From contig JBBRPR010000018.1 of NCBI GenBank assembly GCA_038227875.1, positions 1 through 64,000 of the forward strand: a stretch of 64,000 nucleotides of DNA. Reading direction: 5' to 3'. Source of the stretch: Planctomycetota bacterium. GTDB taxonomy: Bacteria; Planctomycetota; SZUA-567; H5-PLA8. Positions within the stretch are counted from its first letter, which is position 1. Each line of letters opens with the position of its first letter. Below the pieces are notes generated by a model, which saw only the letters and a program-made list of their open reading frames with translations, ran no database searches and had not been told where the DNA came from. Position numbers and translations under genes: made by a program. Shown here in pieces: positions 47,030-56,068 of the stretch.

Positions 47030-47968
47030 TCATTTTTTCGGTGGCGGCGTGTACCGCGAATACATCGCGGCATCGAGCTGGACGTTGGCCGGGACGATGT
47101 GCTGATTGGGCTTGAGCAGCGAGCCGGTCTCCGCGGGCGTTCCGATCGTGCTTTCTTTCTCAGCGCCGCCAGCGCGAAGGTCGCTCGGCAGGATGCCGAG
47201 ATAACGCTTGAAGGCGCGCGTAAACGAGTACGCGTCCTCAAATCCCAAAGCGAACGCCAGCGACTTGATGCTGCCGCCACCGGCGCGCAGGGATTGTGCG
47301 GCGAAGCGTAGGCGCGCCTGCGTGCGCAGCAGCTTGGGCGTGATGCCGAAGCGCTGCTTGAAACGTCGGATGAAATGATCGGCGGAGATGCCCATCTCTT
47401 TCGCCAGGTCTTGAATTTCCAGCGACGCTTTCAAATTCGTACTGAGGCGCAGGCGGGCGCGCTGCCATTCGTCGAGTTTCTGGCCGCTGTCGGGAAGTTT
47501 CTTCGCGACGGTCGCGAGAATATTCAGCATCTGCCAGACCGCGCCGTTGACCCGGCAGCGGCTGGCGGCGTCGGCGTTGGGCAGATCAATGCAGAACGTT
47601 TCGAACTGCTCGCGCATGCGGTCGAACTGATTGCCCAGTGACAGGTGTTCCGGCAGCAGGCCGATTTCGTCGAGCCACAGGGTCTGCCGGTGCTTTGGTG
47701 GACGGGCCAGTTGGATGTGAGCTTCGTAAAACACCACCGGTCCATGCGTGCCGTATTCGTTCACGTCGGTGGCGCGAAAGGAGAGCATGTCGCCGGGTTT
47801 GGCGCGGTAATGGCCGGTGGGGCTGATCGCTTCGATCTCGCCGGATTTAATCAGCAGAAAGTGCGAGCCCGGCACGCGGTAGCGGTGCCACATCGTCGCT
47901 TTGGCGTCATAATACGCCGCCAGATCTACAGTTGGGTGAACTTCGTCCAGCGTAAGATATTCGCTCAT
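47030..47968 (-). CDS. AraC-family transcriptional regulator
   Basis: LA.EMGIS..HF.R.FK..FG.TP; LGFED.YSF.R.FK...G..PS. Confidence 0.9.
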   Translation of the reverse strand: MSEYLTLDEVHPTVDLAAYYDAKATMWHRYRVPGSHFLLIKSGEIEAISPTGHYRAKPGDMLSFRATDVNEYGTHGPVVFYEAHIQLARPPKHRQTLWLDEIGLLPEHLSLGNQFDRMREQFETFCIDLPNADAASRCRVNGAVWQMLNILATVAKKLPDSGQKLDEWQRARLRLSTNLKASLEIQDLAKEMGISADHFIRRFKQRFGITPKLLRTQARLRFAAQSLRAGGGSIKSLAFALGFEDAYSFTRAFKRYLGILPSDLRAGGAEKESTIGTPAETGSLLKPNQHIVPANVQLDAAMYSRYTPPPKK

Positions 47969-48101
47969 ATCGATTTCAGCGGATCGCTTGCTCCTTAATG
48001 CGGGCGGGTACCCGTGGCGTTTTCGACGGCGCTGAGGTATTCACAATAGCGTAGTTGCGAGCACTTGGAAGTCGCTAACCAACCCGTCGAGGATCACCTG
48101 C

Positions 48102-48929
48102 ATGTCCGCCACCGCTGCACCCGCTGCCTCCGAGATCAAATCTGAAACTGACTACCTGGCCGGAAAGACTGTCAGTCCCGCTCAGATCCACGCGTGGGTC
48201 GATCAGTTCAATCGCGATGGTTATCTCTTTCTGCAAAATGTCCTGCCGCCGGATCTCGTCGCGGAACTGCGCGCGGATCTGGATACGGCCTTGAGCAAGC
48301 AGCCGCTGACTGGCGGAATCATTGAACTTCAGGCACGCATGTTCGAAACCAGTGCGGCGAACCGGCGGCTGTTCGATCTCGAACCGATCGTGACGTTTGC
48401 CGAAGCGCTGGTGTCGCAGGATTGCCATGTCGTACACAACAACTCGTTCCAGTCGCATCCCGGCAAGGGCATCGTCGGCTGGCACCAGGACGACGCGCCG
48501 CACTTTCTCGTCACGGAAGGTGAAGCGCCGAAGAACATCAAGCTGCCGTGCCTGCTCTTTACCGCGAATTATTACCTGTCGGACGTGACCACGGTCGCCA
48601 ACGGTCCGACGGAAGTCATTCCCGGATCGCATCTGTTTGGCAAGCATTGCCCGGGCGATTTAAAGGGCACGGAATACGAATCGAAAATCACGCCGTGCCT
48701 GGGTAAAGCGGGCAGCGTGGTGATGTTCAACAACCAGGTCTGGCACCACGGCGCACTGAACACGAGTAACACGATCCGCTACATGACGCAGATCAGCTAT
48801 GCGCGGCGCCTGATCGGACACAAGTACTATCCGTTCATGAATTACCAGATGCCCGAACACGTCTACGCCGGAGCGAACCCGCGCTTAAAGCGGCTCTATG
48901 GTTTCCTGCCTGCGGGCGCGTACGGATAA
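48102..48929 (+). CDS. Phytanoyl-CoA dioxygenase family (Fe/2OG) protein
   Basis: F..DGY, WHQD, NGPT.VIPGSH, G.VV.F....WH. Confidence 0.9.
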   Translation: MSATAAPAASEIKSETDYLAGKTVSPAQIHAWVDQFNRDGYLFLQNVLPPDLVAELRADLDTALSKQPLTGGIIELQARMFETSAANRRLFDLEPIVTFAEALVSQDCHVVHNNSFQSHPGKGIVGWHQDDAPHFLVTEGEAPKNIKLPCLLFTANYYLSDVTTVANGPTEVIPGSHLFGKHCPGDLKGTEYESKITPCLGKAGSVVMFNNQVWHHGALNTSNTIRYMTQISYARRLIGHKYYPFMNYQMPEHVYAGANPRLKRLYGFLPAGAYG

Positions 48930-48931
48930 CC

Positions 48932-49069
48932 GCATTGTGGATTTCGGATTGCGGATTAGATCGGCATTACTCAAAATAAAAACGGCACGCCAATCCATGG
49001 CGTGCCGCTTTATTTGGTCAGGAATCGCGCCAACCTAATCCGCAATCCGCAATCCGAAATCCGCAATGC
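48932..49069. repeat. Heptamer-arm inverted repeat (CGGATTG/CAATCCG), 138 bp, with internal terminator-like hairpin
   Basis: GCATTGTGGATTTCGGATTGCGGATTAG ... CTAATCCGCAATCCGCAATCCGAAATCCGCAATGC; inner CGGCACGCCA-ATCCA-TGGCGTGCCG. Confidence 0.92.
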
Positions 49070-49074
49070 AGTTC

Positions 49075-49542
49075 TTACTCTTTGATTCCCAGGAGCGTCT
49101 TGATCTTATCCCAGGCGAGCGTGCGGGCAGACTCGTATTTCTTGGCGTGAGCTTCGTCTTTGGTGCTCCAGATCTGCTGCAGTTCCGAACCCTGCGTCTT
49201 GAGCAGCGAGATGATGGTCAGGAATTCCTGCATCGTCTTCTGGTCGTCGGCGCTCAGCTTGTCGCTCTTGGCCACGGCGGTCAGCTGCTTGGTGATCGTG
49301 TCGGCCAGTCCCAATACGGAACCGAGCAACTGCTTGGCGGTGTCCGGTTCCATCGACTTGTTCGCGACGCTGTCGCCGATCATGCCGATGTTCAGGTACG
49401 TCTGGTAGACATACGCTGCCGACAGTCCGCCGATGGCTTCAACGACAGCGGTATCTTCCGCCGCGCGTACCTGCTGCACGCCGCTGAATAGCGGAATACA
49501 AAGCGCCAGGGCCAACACACCTTTTGCTGCAAAACGAATCAT
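49075..49542 (-). CDS. Secreted helical hypothetical protein
   Basis: AGGAGG RBS, signal peptide ending VRA, amphipathic helices. Confidence 0.75.
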   Translation of the reverse strand: MIRFAAKGVLALALCIPLFSGVQQVRAAEDTAVVEAIGGLSAAYVYQTYLNIGMIGDSVANKSMEPDTAKQLLGSVLGLADTITKQLTAVAKSDKLSADDQKTMQEFLTIISLLKTQGSELQQIWSTKDEAHAKKYESARTLAWDKIKTLLGIKE

Positions 49543-49678
49543 CGAAATCCTCCTGAAATCCCAAAGTAGCCCGACACCTCGCGGCGGCGCAGTATCTACT
49601 GCCCCCCTTCACGCGCGAGAGAGCATAGAGGGAAGATCTTCGTCTTCCAGAGTGAATTAGGGCGAGGAAGGGTCGGCT

Positions 49679-49728
49679 AACCTTTGTGCCTTTGGGCACA
49701 AAGGTTCCACACGTACAACAACCCTGCA
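49679..49728 (-). repeat. REP-like palindrome, copy 2
   Basis: AACCTTTGTGCC-TTTG-GGCACAAAGGTT with the shared flank on the right in inverted orientation. Confidence 0.8.
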
Positions 49729-49857
49729 CCTTGTTCAGTGGAAAAGAGCAAAAGATCAACCGAATCACGCATGGCTTGTTGGACATCCTATATGTTAAAC
49801 TTAGGTCGTGACAATGACGCTTTGACCTAACTTTCCAAGGCCGCGGAGACTAGAGAC

Positions 49858-50682
49858 ATGAAATTAAACGAGCAGCAGATGAAGTTCTTCCACACCTTCG
49901 GTTTCATCGCCTTGCCCGGACTGCTGAACGACCGCATCGGCAAGACCATCGATGCGTTCGAAGAAACGTGGAAATTGAATGGGGGCGGCCACAACGGCAA
50001 GCCGCACGACGGCAAGAATCGCTCCTGCATCGGCATGTACCAGACCAAGGAAATCTGCTCGCTATTGGACGATCCGCGCCTGGTCGGGATTGCGTCGAGC
50101 ATCCTGGGCGACGACTACAACTTTATGGGCGGCGACGGGAATTTTTACGTCGGCGACACCGGCTGGCATTCAGACGGCTGGCACGCCAACGTCATGCATA
50201 TCAAAATCGCGTTCTACCTCGACCCACTCACGAAGGACACCGGCTGTCTTCGCGTCATTCCCGGCAGCCACAAAGTGAAGGACGAATTCGCGCAGGAACT
50301 CCAGAACGATCTCGGCCGCTCAAAAGATTCGTGGGGCATGCTGGGCAAGGAAGTCCCGGCCATTCCGCTGGAGACCAAGCCCGGCGACGTGGTGATCTTC
50401 AATCACAACACCAAGCACGCGGCGTTCGGCGGCGGACACCGGCGGCGCATGTTCACCATGAATCTCTGCCAGCAGTATCCCCCGCACCTCATCCATGAGC
50501 TCAAGTCCTACGTCGAAGGCTGGTCGCGCTTCTGGGCGATGGAACCTTACCAGCCGGCGGTGCTCGCCGACGCCGGTCCGGAACGGATGAAGCATCTCAA
50601 TCAGCTCCTGAACAACTTCGAGCATGTCCGAGTCCTGAGCCGCAAGCGGATGGAGACGGAGCTGGAGCCGGCAAGGGGCTGA
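49858..50682 (+). CDS. Phytanoyl-CoA dioxygenase family (Fe/2OG) protein
   Basis: F.TFGF, WHSD, GCLRVIPGSH, PGDVV.F....KH. Confidence 0.9.
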   Translation: MKLNEQQMKFFHTFGFIALPGLLNDRIGKTIDAFEETWKLNGGGHNGKPHDGKNRSCIGMYQTKEICSLLDDPRLVGIASSILGDDYNFMGGDGNFYVGDTGWHSDGWHANVMHIKIAFYLDPLTKDTGCLRVIPGSHKVKDEFAQELQNDLGRSKDSWGMLGKEVPAIPLETKPGDVVIFNHNTKHAAFGGGHRRRMFTMNLCQQYPPHLIHELKSYVEGWSRFWAMEPYQPAVLADAGPERMKHLNQLLNNFEHVRVLSRKRMETELEPARG

Positions 50683-50694
50683 TCGGAGTCTTAT

Positions 50695-50769
50695 TCTCAC
50701 GCAAAGCCGCAAAGACACTAAGAACGGCGGGATTCGGGATTCCCGCTGTTCTTATGTCTTTACGCGAGA
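50695..50769. repeat. Nonamer-arm element, copy 2 (short, 75 bp)
   Basis: TCTCACGCAAAGCCGCAAAGACACTAAGAACGGCGGGATTCGGGATTCCCGCTGTTCTTATGTCTTTACGCGAGA. Confidence 0.85.
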
Positions 50770-50788
50770 TCAAAACAAGGAACTAGAA

Positions 50789-51427
50789 ATGAACAACATC
50801 ATCGATCTAATGTGCGACGTCGGCGTGCTTCCTGTGTTTCGGACGAATGAGACGCAGAAGTTGATTCCCGCGTCGCTCGCTCTCTTCAAGGCAGGCGTGC
50901 GCGTGATGGAATACACGCTGACGATGCCCAAGGCGCTGGCGTCGATCGAACACGCGGTCGCGGAGCTGCCGCCGGAGATCATCCTCGGCGCGGGGACGGC
51001 GCTGGATGGAGAATCGGCACGGCTGGCGATCCTGGCGGGCGCGAAGTTCGTGGTTTCACCGGGGCTTTCTCCGGAGGTCGTCGAAATGTGCCACCGCTAC
51101 GGTGTGCCGACGGTCGCCGGCGCGAGCACGCCGACGGAGATCATGAACGCGCTGAAGCTGGGCGTGCGCATGATCAAGATTTTCCCGGCCAATTCGCTCT
51201 CGCCGGCTCACATTTTCGATCTGAAGGCGCCGTTTCCCCAAGCGCAGTTCATGATCGCCGGCGGCATCACGCTGGAGAACGTGGGCGCGTACATCAAGGC
51301 CGGCGCGGACGTGGTGACGATCGGCGGCCATTCGGTCGATGCCGCGGCGTTTGCGAGCGGTGACTACGCGGGAATTACGCGGACGACGAAGAATTTTATC
51401 AGCGCGATCGCGCAGGCAAGGAAGTAG
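50789..51427 (+). CDS. eda: KDPG/KHG aldolase family protein
   Basis: LPVFR, EYT, GAGT, GA.FVVSPG, G..TPTE, KIFPA, GGIT..N. Confidence 0.85.
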   Translation: MNNIIDLMCDVGVLPVFRTNETQKLIPASLALFKAGVRVMEYTLTMPKALASIEHAVAELPPEIILGAGTALDGESARLAILAGAKFVVSPGLSPEVVEMCHRYGVPTVAGASTPTEIMNALKLGVRMIKIFPANSLSPAHIFDLKAPFPQAQFMIAGGITLENVGAYIKAGADVVTIGGHSVDAAAFASGDYAGITRTTKNFISAIAQARK

Positions 51428-51465
51428 GCGCGCGTACGTTCCGGCGCGGTTTCAAGCCCCTTCGC

Positions 51466-51500
51466 AAAAAAACTCGCCGCTGAATGCGGCAAGTTTTTTT
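51466..51500. terminator. Bidirectional intrinsic terminator
   Basis: AAAAAAACTCGCCGC-TGAAT-GCGGCAAGTTTTTTT between convergent genes. Confidence 0.8.
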
Positions 51501-51530
51501 CTCAGTCCCCAGTCCTCAGTCCTCAGTCCT
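51501..51530. repeat. Solo heptamer array (CTCAGTC x4)
   Basis: CTCAGTC CCCAGTC CTCAGTC CTCAGTC CT; no inverted partner arm found. Confidence 0.85.
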
Positions 51531-51534
51531 CGCC

Positions 51535-52641
51535 TCACCGCACGGTTCGCTTGCGGTTACGGATGTAATCGACGAGCAGGAACTGGCCAAGCTTGCCCAG
51601 CGCGGTGTAATAAGCGCGGCCGCGGTTGGTTTCGGTGAGTTCCTCGACGAATTCCACCAGCGGCGGGTCGTCGGTGACCATGAAGGTCGTGATTGGAATG
51701 TTCTTACGCCGGCACATCGCACCTTCTTCGAGCGTGCGGTTGACGATGCGCGGGTCGAGCCAGTACCCGGAGTTCTTGTAGCGACGGCCGCCTTCATCGA
51801 GCACCGTGGGTTTGCCGTCCGTAATCAGGAAGATCTGCTTGTTGGCGGAGCGGCCGCGCATCAGCAGCTTGCGCGACAGTTCCAGCGCGGCCTTGGTGTT
51901 GGTGTGCCAGCGGCCCCAGTTCAGAAATGGAACTTTGTCGAGCGGGATTTCGAACGCGTCGTCGCCGAAGGCGATGACGTGGAGTTTGTCTTTCGGGTAG
52001 CGCGTCTTGATCAGTTCAACGAGCCCCAGCGCGACCTGGCGCGCGGGCGTCATGCGGTCTTCGCCGTAGAGGACCATCGAGTTGGAGCAGTCGACGCACA
52101 GGGCCGTCGCGCAGGACGTGTTCATGTCCGTTTCGTGCACGGCGATGTCAGATTCCTTCACGGAGATGCCGTCTTCGCCGTCGGCCAGGGAGCGGCGCAC
52201 GGCGTTGTTGAGCGTGTCGGTCGGTGAGATCGACCAGAGTTCGTCGCCGAATTCGTAGGGTCGCGTTTCGGGCTGGCGTTCGAAGCCGGGACCCGAGGCG
52301 CTGCTGCGGTGGTCCCCCGGCCCGCCCTTCTTTAATCCGCCGAAGATTTCGTTCAGCGCATCGACGCGGAGCGCCTTCGCGCCCTTGGGCGTGAGTGTCA
52401 GCTCGCCGGGCGTTTTCTCGGTGACTTCGCCCTTCTGTTTGAGCATGTCCTTGAACGATTCGAGATTGATCTTCTCGTCCCAGATGTCGTGCTTCTGCGC
52501 GATATAATCGAGCCATTCGAGCGCCTGGTCGACGTCGCCGGCGGACTTGGCCAGCAGCGAACGGAAGAGCTTCATCAGGTCCTGTAGCTTCTGCTCGCGC
52601 GCCTCCGCTTCGTGGTCCCAGGAACCGTATTGAAAGCGCAT
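51535..52641 (-). CDS. VWA-domain protein
   Basis: MIDAS DCSNS, TNT, ITDG; R.YEFGD......TL.NA upstream segment. Confidence 0.88.
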   Translation of the reverse strand: MRFQYGSWDHEAEAREQKLQDLMKLFRSLLAKSAGDVDQALEWLDYIAQKHDIWDEKINLESFKDMLKQKGEVTEKTPGELTLTPKGAKALRVDALNEIFGGLKKGGPGDHRSSASGPGFERQPETRPYEFGDELWSISPTDTLNNAVRRSLADGEDGISVKESDIAVHETDMNTSCATALCVDCSNSMVLYGEDRMTPARQVALGLVELIKTRYPKDKLHVIAFGDDAFEIPLDKVPFLNWGRWHTNTKAALELSRKLLMRGRSANKQIFLITDGKPTVLDEGGRRYKNSGYWLDPRIVNRTLEEGAMCRRKNIPITTFMVTDDPPLVEFVEELTETNRGRAYYTALGKLGQFLLVDYIRNRKRTVR

Positions 52642-52673
52642 CGCGTTCTCCTTTTCAGCAGGCTCATTGCCCG

Positions 52674-53024
52674 CTATTCAGCGGGTTCAATGGTCGCGGA
52701 CATGCTTCCAGTCGAATTGGGAATCAGCGGATCGCGCCCGAACGCGCGGATCTGGTCGCGCTTCAGTTCAGCGCGTTCCAGCGTGGTCGTGTCGACAATG
52801 GTCACGCCAGTCTGATCGACTTCGCAGGCATGCTTGTACGCCTGTTCGTGATTCTTGCCGAACAACTGCATCAGCATGGCGATGACATAATTGTACGAGT
52901 GCGTGTCGTCGTCGTGAAGGATGACGTGATAGAGCGGTGCCTTGCGCGCGATCGGATCGGCCGGCGCGGGGAGCAACTGGGTGCCGGGCTTGCCAGGTTT
53001 GCTTGAGGGTTTTTCTTCAGCCAT
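52674..53024 (-). CDS. clpS: Clp protease adaptor ClpS
   Basis: PLYHVILHDDD.H.Y.YV..ML..LF......A.......D..G........E.AE. Confidence 0.9.
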   Translation of the reverse strand: MAEEKPSSKPGKPGTQLLPAPADPIARKAPLYHVILHDDDTHSYNYVIAMLMQLFGKNHEQAYKHACEVDQTGVTIVDTTTLERAELKRDQIRAFGRDPLIPNSTGSMSATIEPAE

Positions 53025-53132
53025 GGTGTTTCCGCGTTTTCGGAGCGTACGCAAGGAAGCATACCCCGTTATCCGCGTTTGTCGATTCGGCGGGAGAAGT
53101 TTTCATGCCCTTTGAATGAACAACGCGTCTGG

Positions 53133-53271
53133 ATCTCACGCAAAGCCGCAAAGACGCTAAGAACTGCAACTGCGGGAATCGGGAATAGGCACTCGAGATT
53201 CGCCGCGTATCTGCATGGGCGGGCGAATCCCGATTCCCGAATCCCGCCGTTCTTTGCGCTTTGCGTGAGAT
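53133..53271. repeat. Nonamer-arm element, copy 3 (139 bp) with nested heptamer arms
   Basis: ATCTCACGCAAAGCCGCAAAGACGCTAAGAAC..GCGGGAATCGGGAAT ... GAATCCCGATTCCCGAATCCCGCCGTTCTTTGCGCTTTGCGTGAGAT. Confidence 0.9.
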
Positions 53272-53294
53272 TGAAAACCGATAGCTTTACGTCC

Positions 53295-54293
53295 ATGGAT
53301 TCATCGCATCTTTCTCCAAATTTTATTATTCCCATCGGCACGCAGGTGGTGCTGAAAAAAGATCTCGAGGTCATGGGGACCGCGCTCGGGCCAGACGGGA
53401 AGCATTTATACAAAAAGGCGGGAAGTGTCGGCGTCGTGGAGCAGGCGCCGCTGACGCATGAATACACCTATCTGATTCGATTCTCTGATAACCATACGGT
53501 TCGCGCGGCGAAAATGGAGCTGGCGGTGCGGCGTGCGGAAGCGCCGGAGGATGCGATTCCGGAGCGCCACGCCGACGACTTTGAACAGTACGTCATCTAC
53601 AAAGTGCGGATGGGATCGAACGCGTTCGGTCTGGCCGATCAGAATTCCGACACGGATTTGCGCGGCGTGTATCTGCCGCCGGCCGAGTGGCATTGGTCGC
53701 TGCAGCCGCTGCCGGAGCAGATCGAGTACAAGCGCACGGCCGACGGCCGCCTGCTGGATCACAATTCGGAAGCGGACGCAGACGACGTGTGCTGGTGGGA
53801 GATCGAGAAGTTCATCCGCCTGGCGTTGAAAGCCAATCCGAACGTGCTGGAGGCGCTGTACGTTCCCGATCAGCACATCTTCTTCGCCGACGCGATGGGC
53901 TGGAAGCTCCGCGAACAGCGCGAGATGTTCATGTCGAAGTACGTCTACCAGACGTATTCGGGCTATGTGCTATCGCAGTTCAAGAAATTGAAGAAGGATA
54001 TTGAAAGCGGCGGGACGCCCAAGCACAAACATTCGATGCACTTGATCCGCCTGCTCTATTCGGGAATTGAAGCGGTACGGGGCCGCGGGATCATGGTCGA
54101 TGTCGGCGCGTACCGCGACGAGTTGCTCACGATCAAGCGCGGTGAAGTGCCGTTCGAGGCGGTGTATCAGAAGGCGTTGAAGTTGAACGCAGAGTTCGAA
54201 ACGGCGTATGGACAGACGACGCTACCGGACCGGCCCAACGTGGCGGCCGCCGATGCGTTTTTGATCGACGCTCGACGCAGCCGGGCCAGATAA
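53295..54293 (+). CDS. Pol-beta-superfamily nucleotidyltransferase (RlaP/YcgL-like) with N-terminal beta-rich domain
   Basis: GSNAFGL....SDTDLRGVY, WEIEKF..LALKANPN.LE.L, KH.MHLIRLL. Confidence 0.85.
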   Translation: MDSSHLSPNFIIPIGTQVVLKKDLEVMGTALGPDGKHLYKKAGSVGVVEQAPLTHEYTYLIRFSDNHTVRAAKMELAVRRAEAPEDAIPERHADDFEQYVIYKVRMGSNAFGLADQNSDTDLRGVYLPPAEWHWSLQPLPEQIEYKRTADGRLLDHNSEADADDVCWWEIEKFIRLALKANPNVLEALYVPDQHIFFADAMGWKLREQREMFMSKYVYQTYSGYVLSQFKKLKKDIESGGTPKHKHSMHLIRLLYSGIEAVRGRGIMVDVGAYRDELLTIKRGEVPFEAVYQKALKLNAEFETAYGQTTLPDRPNVAAADAFLIDARRSRAR

Positions 54294-54310
54294 ATCGAAA
54301 CGAGGTGATT

Positions 54311-55108
54311 ATGAACCTGGATGAGATCAACCGGCTGGCCCTGGAACGCGGACGAAAAGCGATCGCCGATGGGACGATTCCCAATCCGCCGCGCTTTGTG
54401 TTCGTTACGATTTCCGGCGCGCATTTGTATGGCTTTCCGTCCGCGGATTCTGACATCGATCTGCGCGGAGCCCACGTGCTGCCGATGAAAGACGTAATCG
54501 GGCTTACAGATCCCAACGAGACGTATGAGACGATGGATGGCATCGTCGACGGCATCGAAGTCGATTGCGTTTCGCACGACGTGAAAAAGTACCTCTCGTT
54601 GCTGACGCGCAAGAACGGATACGTGCTCGAACAGATACTTTCGCCGCTGGTCGTTTACGATTCCGGAAAACTGGAAGAGCTGCGCACGCTCGCGCGCGGA
54701 GCGATCACAAAGCATATCGTTCATCACTACAAGGGTTTTTACCGCACGCAGGAAAAACTGGTGTTGAAGGACGAGGCCGCGACTGCGAAGGCCGTGCTGT
54801 ACTTGTTTCGCGTGCTGATGACCGGCCTGCATCTGCTGCGCAGCGGCGAAGTGCAGGCGAACATTTTGCGGCTGAACGAGGACGTATTCCATCTGCCATT
54901 CATTCCGGATCTGGTCGCGCGAAAGGTCGGTGGCAAGGAAAAAGGCCGGCTGAACGTCGGCGAACGCGAGCAATTGGTCGAGGAGGCGCGAAAGTTGGAA
55001 GCGCAGCTCGACCCGGCTTCGGCCGCGTCGCATTTGCCGGACGAGATTCAGAATTACGCGGCGATCAACGATTTTCTGATTCGCGAACGGCTGGCGCGGG
55101 GCAACTGA
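54311..55108 (+). CDS. Pol-beta-superfamily nucleotidyltransferase (RlaP/YcgL-like)
   Basis: SGAHLYGFPS.DSD.DLRG.H, HD..K...L....NGYVLEQ..SP, K..LY..RVL.TG.HL. Confidence 0.87.
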   Translation: MNLDEINRLALERGRKAIADGTIPNPPRFVFVTISGAHLYGFPSADSDIDLRGAHVLPMKDVIGLTDPNETYETMDGIVDGIEVDCVSHDVKKYLSLLTRKNGYVLEQILSPLVVYDSGKLEELRTLARGAITKHIVHHYKGFYRTQEKLVLKDEAATAKAVLYLFRVLMTGLHLLRSGEVQANILRLNEDVFHLPFIPDLVARKVGGKEKGRLNVGEREQLVEEARKLEAQLDPASAASHLPDEIQNYAAINDFLIRERLARGN

Positions 55109-55113
55109 ATCGG

Positions 55114-55389
55114 TCAACGCGTGGTGAAATCGCAGAGCGCGAGAGTGATCATGATGAAGAGCCAGAATATTCCCGCCGCCGCGAAGACGCGTGTCAGCTT
55201 CTCGCCATAGTAGAGATGCATAAAGAAGCAGGCGACCAGCAGCGCCTTCACCACCGCGATGGTCATGGCGACAACGGTATTGCCCCAGCCCAGATCGAGC
55301 GAATCGAGCGCGACGGTGAGCGCCAGCAGGATCATCAACGCAACCCAAACGAGGATGTACGTGCGAAGCGGAACGATGTGAGTAGCCAT
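55114..55389 (-). CDS. Cytochrome c oxidase subunit IV
   Basis: 3 TM, KA.LV..FFMHL motif, last gene of oxidase operon. Confidence 0.88.
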   Translation of the reverse strand: MATHIVPLRTYILVWVALMILLALTVALDSLDLGWGNTVVAMTIAVVKALLVACFFMHLYYGEKLTRVFAAAGIFWLFIMITLALCDFTTR

Positions 55390-55405
55390 GGCGCTCGTCC
55401 TTGAA

Positions 55406-56068
55406 TTACGCGGCGTGATTTCCAATCAGGTAAAGCAACGGAAAGAGAAAGATCCAGACAATGTCCACGAAGTGCCAATAAAGCCCCGTCAATTCGATGG
55501 GCGCAAAATTGCCCGACGAATATTTTCCGCGCGAGGCGTGCACGGTCAAAAATCCGAGCAGTGCGATGCCGATCAACATGTGTAAGCCGTGCAGGCCCGT
55601 CATCACAAAGTACAGGCAGAAGAACAGTTCGACCTTGCGCGCGTCAACCCGCGGCGTATGGCTGACGAAACTGAAATGCGATCCCGGCACGAAGCCATCG
55701 ACCCAATCGGTGCGCCATTCAAAACCTTTAATCGTCAGAAACGTCGCGCCGAGCGCCATTGTGACGATCAGAAAAAAGACCAGCCGCTTTCGCGCTCCGA
55801 ATTGCGCGGCGTGTACGGCCAGCGCCATCGACAAACTGCTGCACAACAATACGGCTGTGTTCAACGTGCCGAGTTTGACGGAGAGCTGATGGCTGGCGAA
55901 CTGGAATTCGTGCGGGTAGGCGTGGCGGTAGACCACGTAACTCAAGATCAAGCCGCCGAAGAACAGCACTTCCGTCGCCAGAAAAGCCCACATGCCCAGC
56001 GTCACGGCCGAGTGCTGCTGCGCGAGATCGTCGAATTGCTCGTGGAGTACCGCGCCGGAGTCAGCCAA
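55406..56068 (-). CDS. Cytochrome c oxidase subunit III
   Basis: [32 protein letters not shown] start with AGGAG RBS. Confidence 0.93.
   Translation of the reverse strand: MADSGAVLHEQFDDLAQQHSAVTLGMWAFLATEVLFFGGLILSYVVYRHAYPHEFQFASHQLSVKLGTLNTAVLLCSSLSMALAVHAAQFGARKRLVFFLIVTMALGATFLTIKGFEWRTDWVDGFVPGSHFSFVSHTPRVDARKVELFFCLYFVMTGLHGLHMLIGIALLGFLTVHASRGKYSSGNFAPIELTGLYWHFVDIVWIFLFPLLYLIGNHAA

Noticed and set aside
53079..53294. N-terminal extension of the first nucleotidyltransferase
   Set aside because: Translates the nonamer hairpin element; ATG 53295 is more plausible
54167..55348. 393-aa minus-strand ORF
   Set aside because: Overlaps the nucleotidyltransferases and cox subunit IV, which have clear motifs
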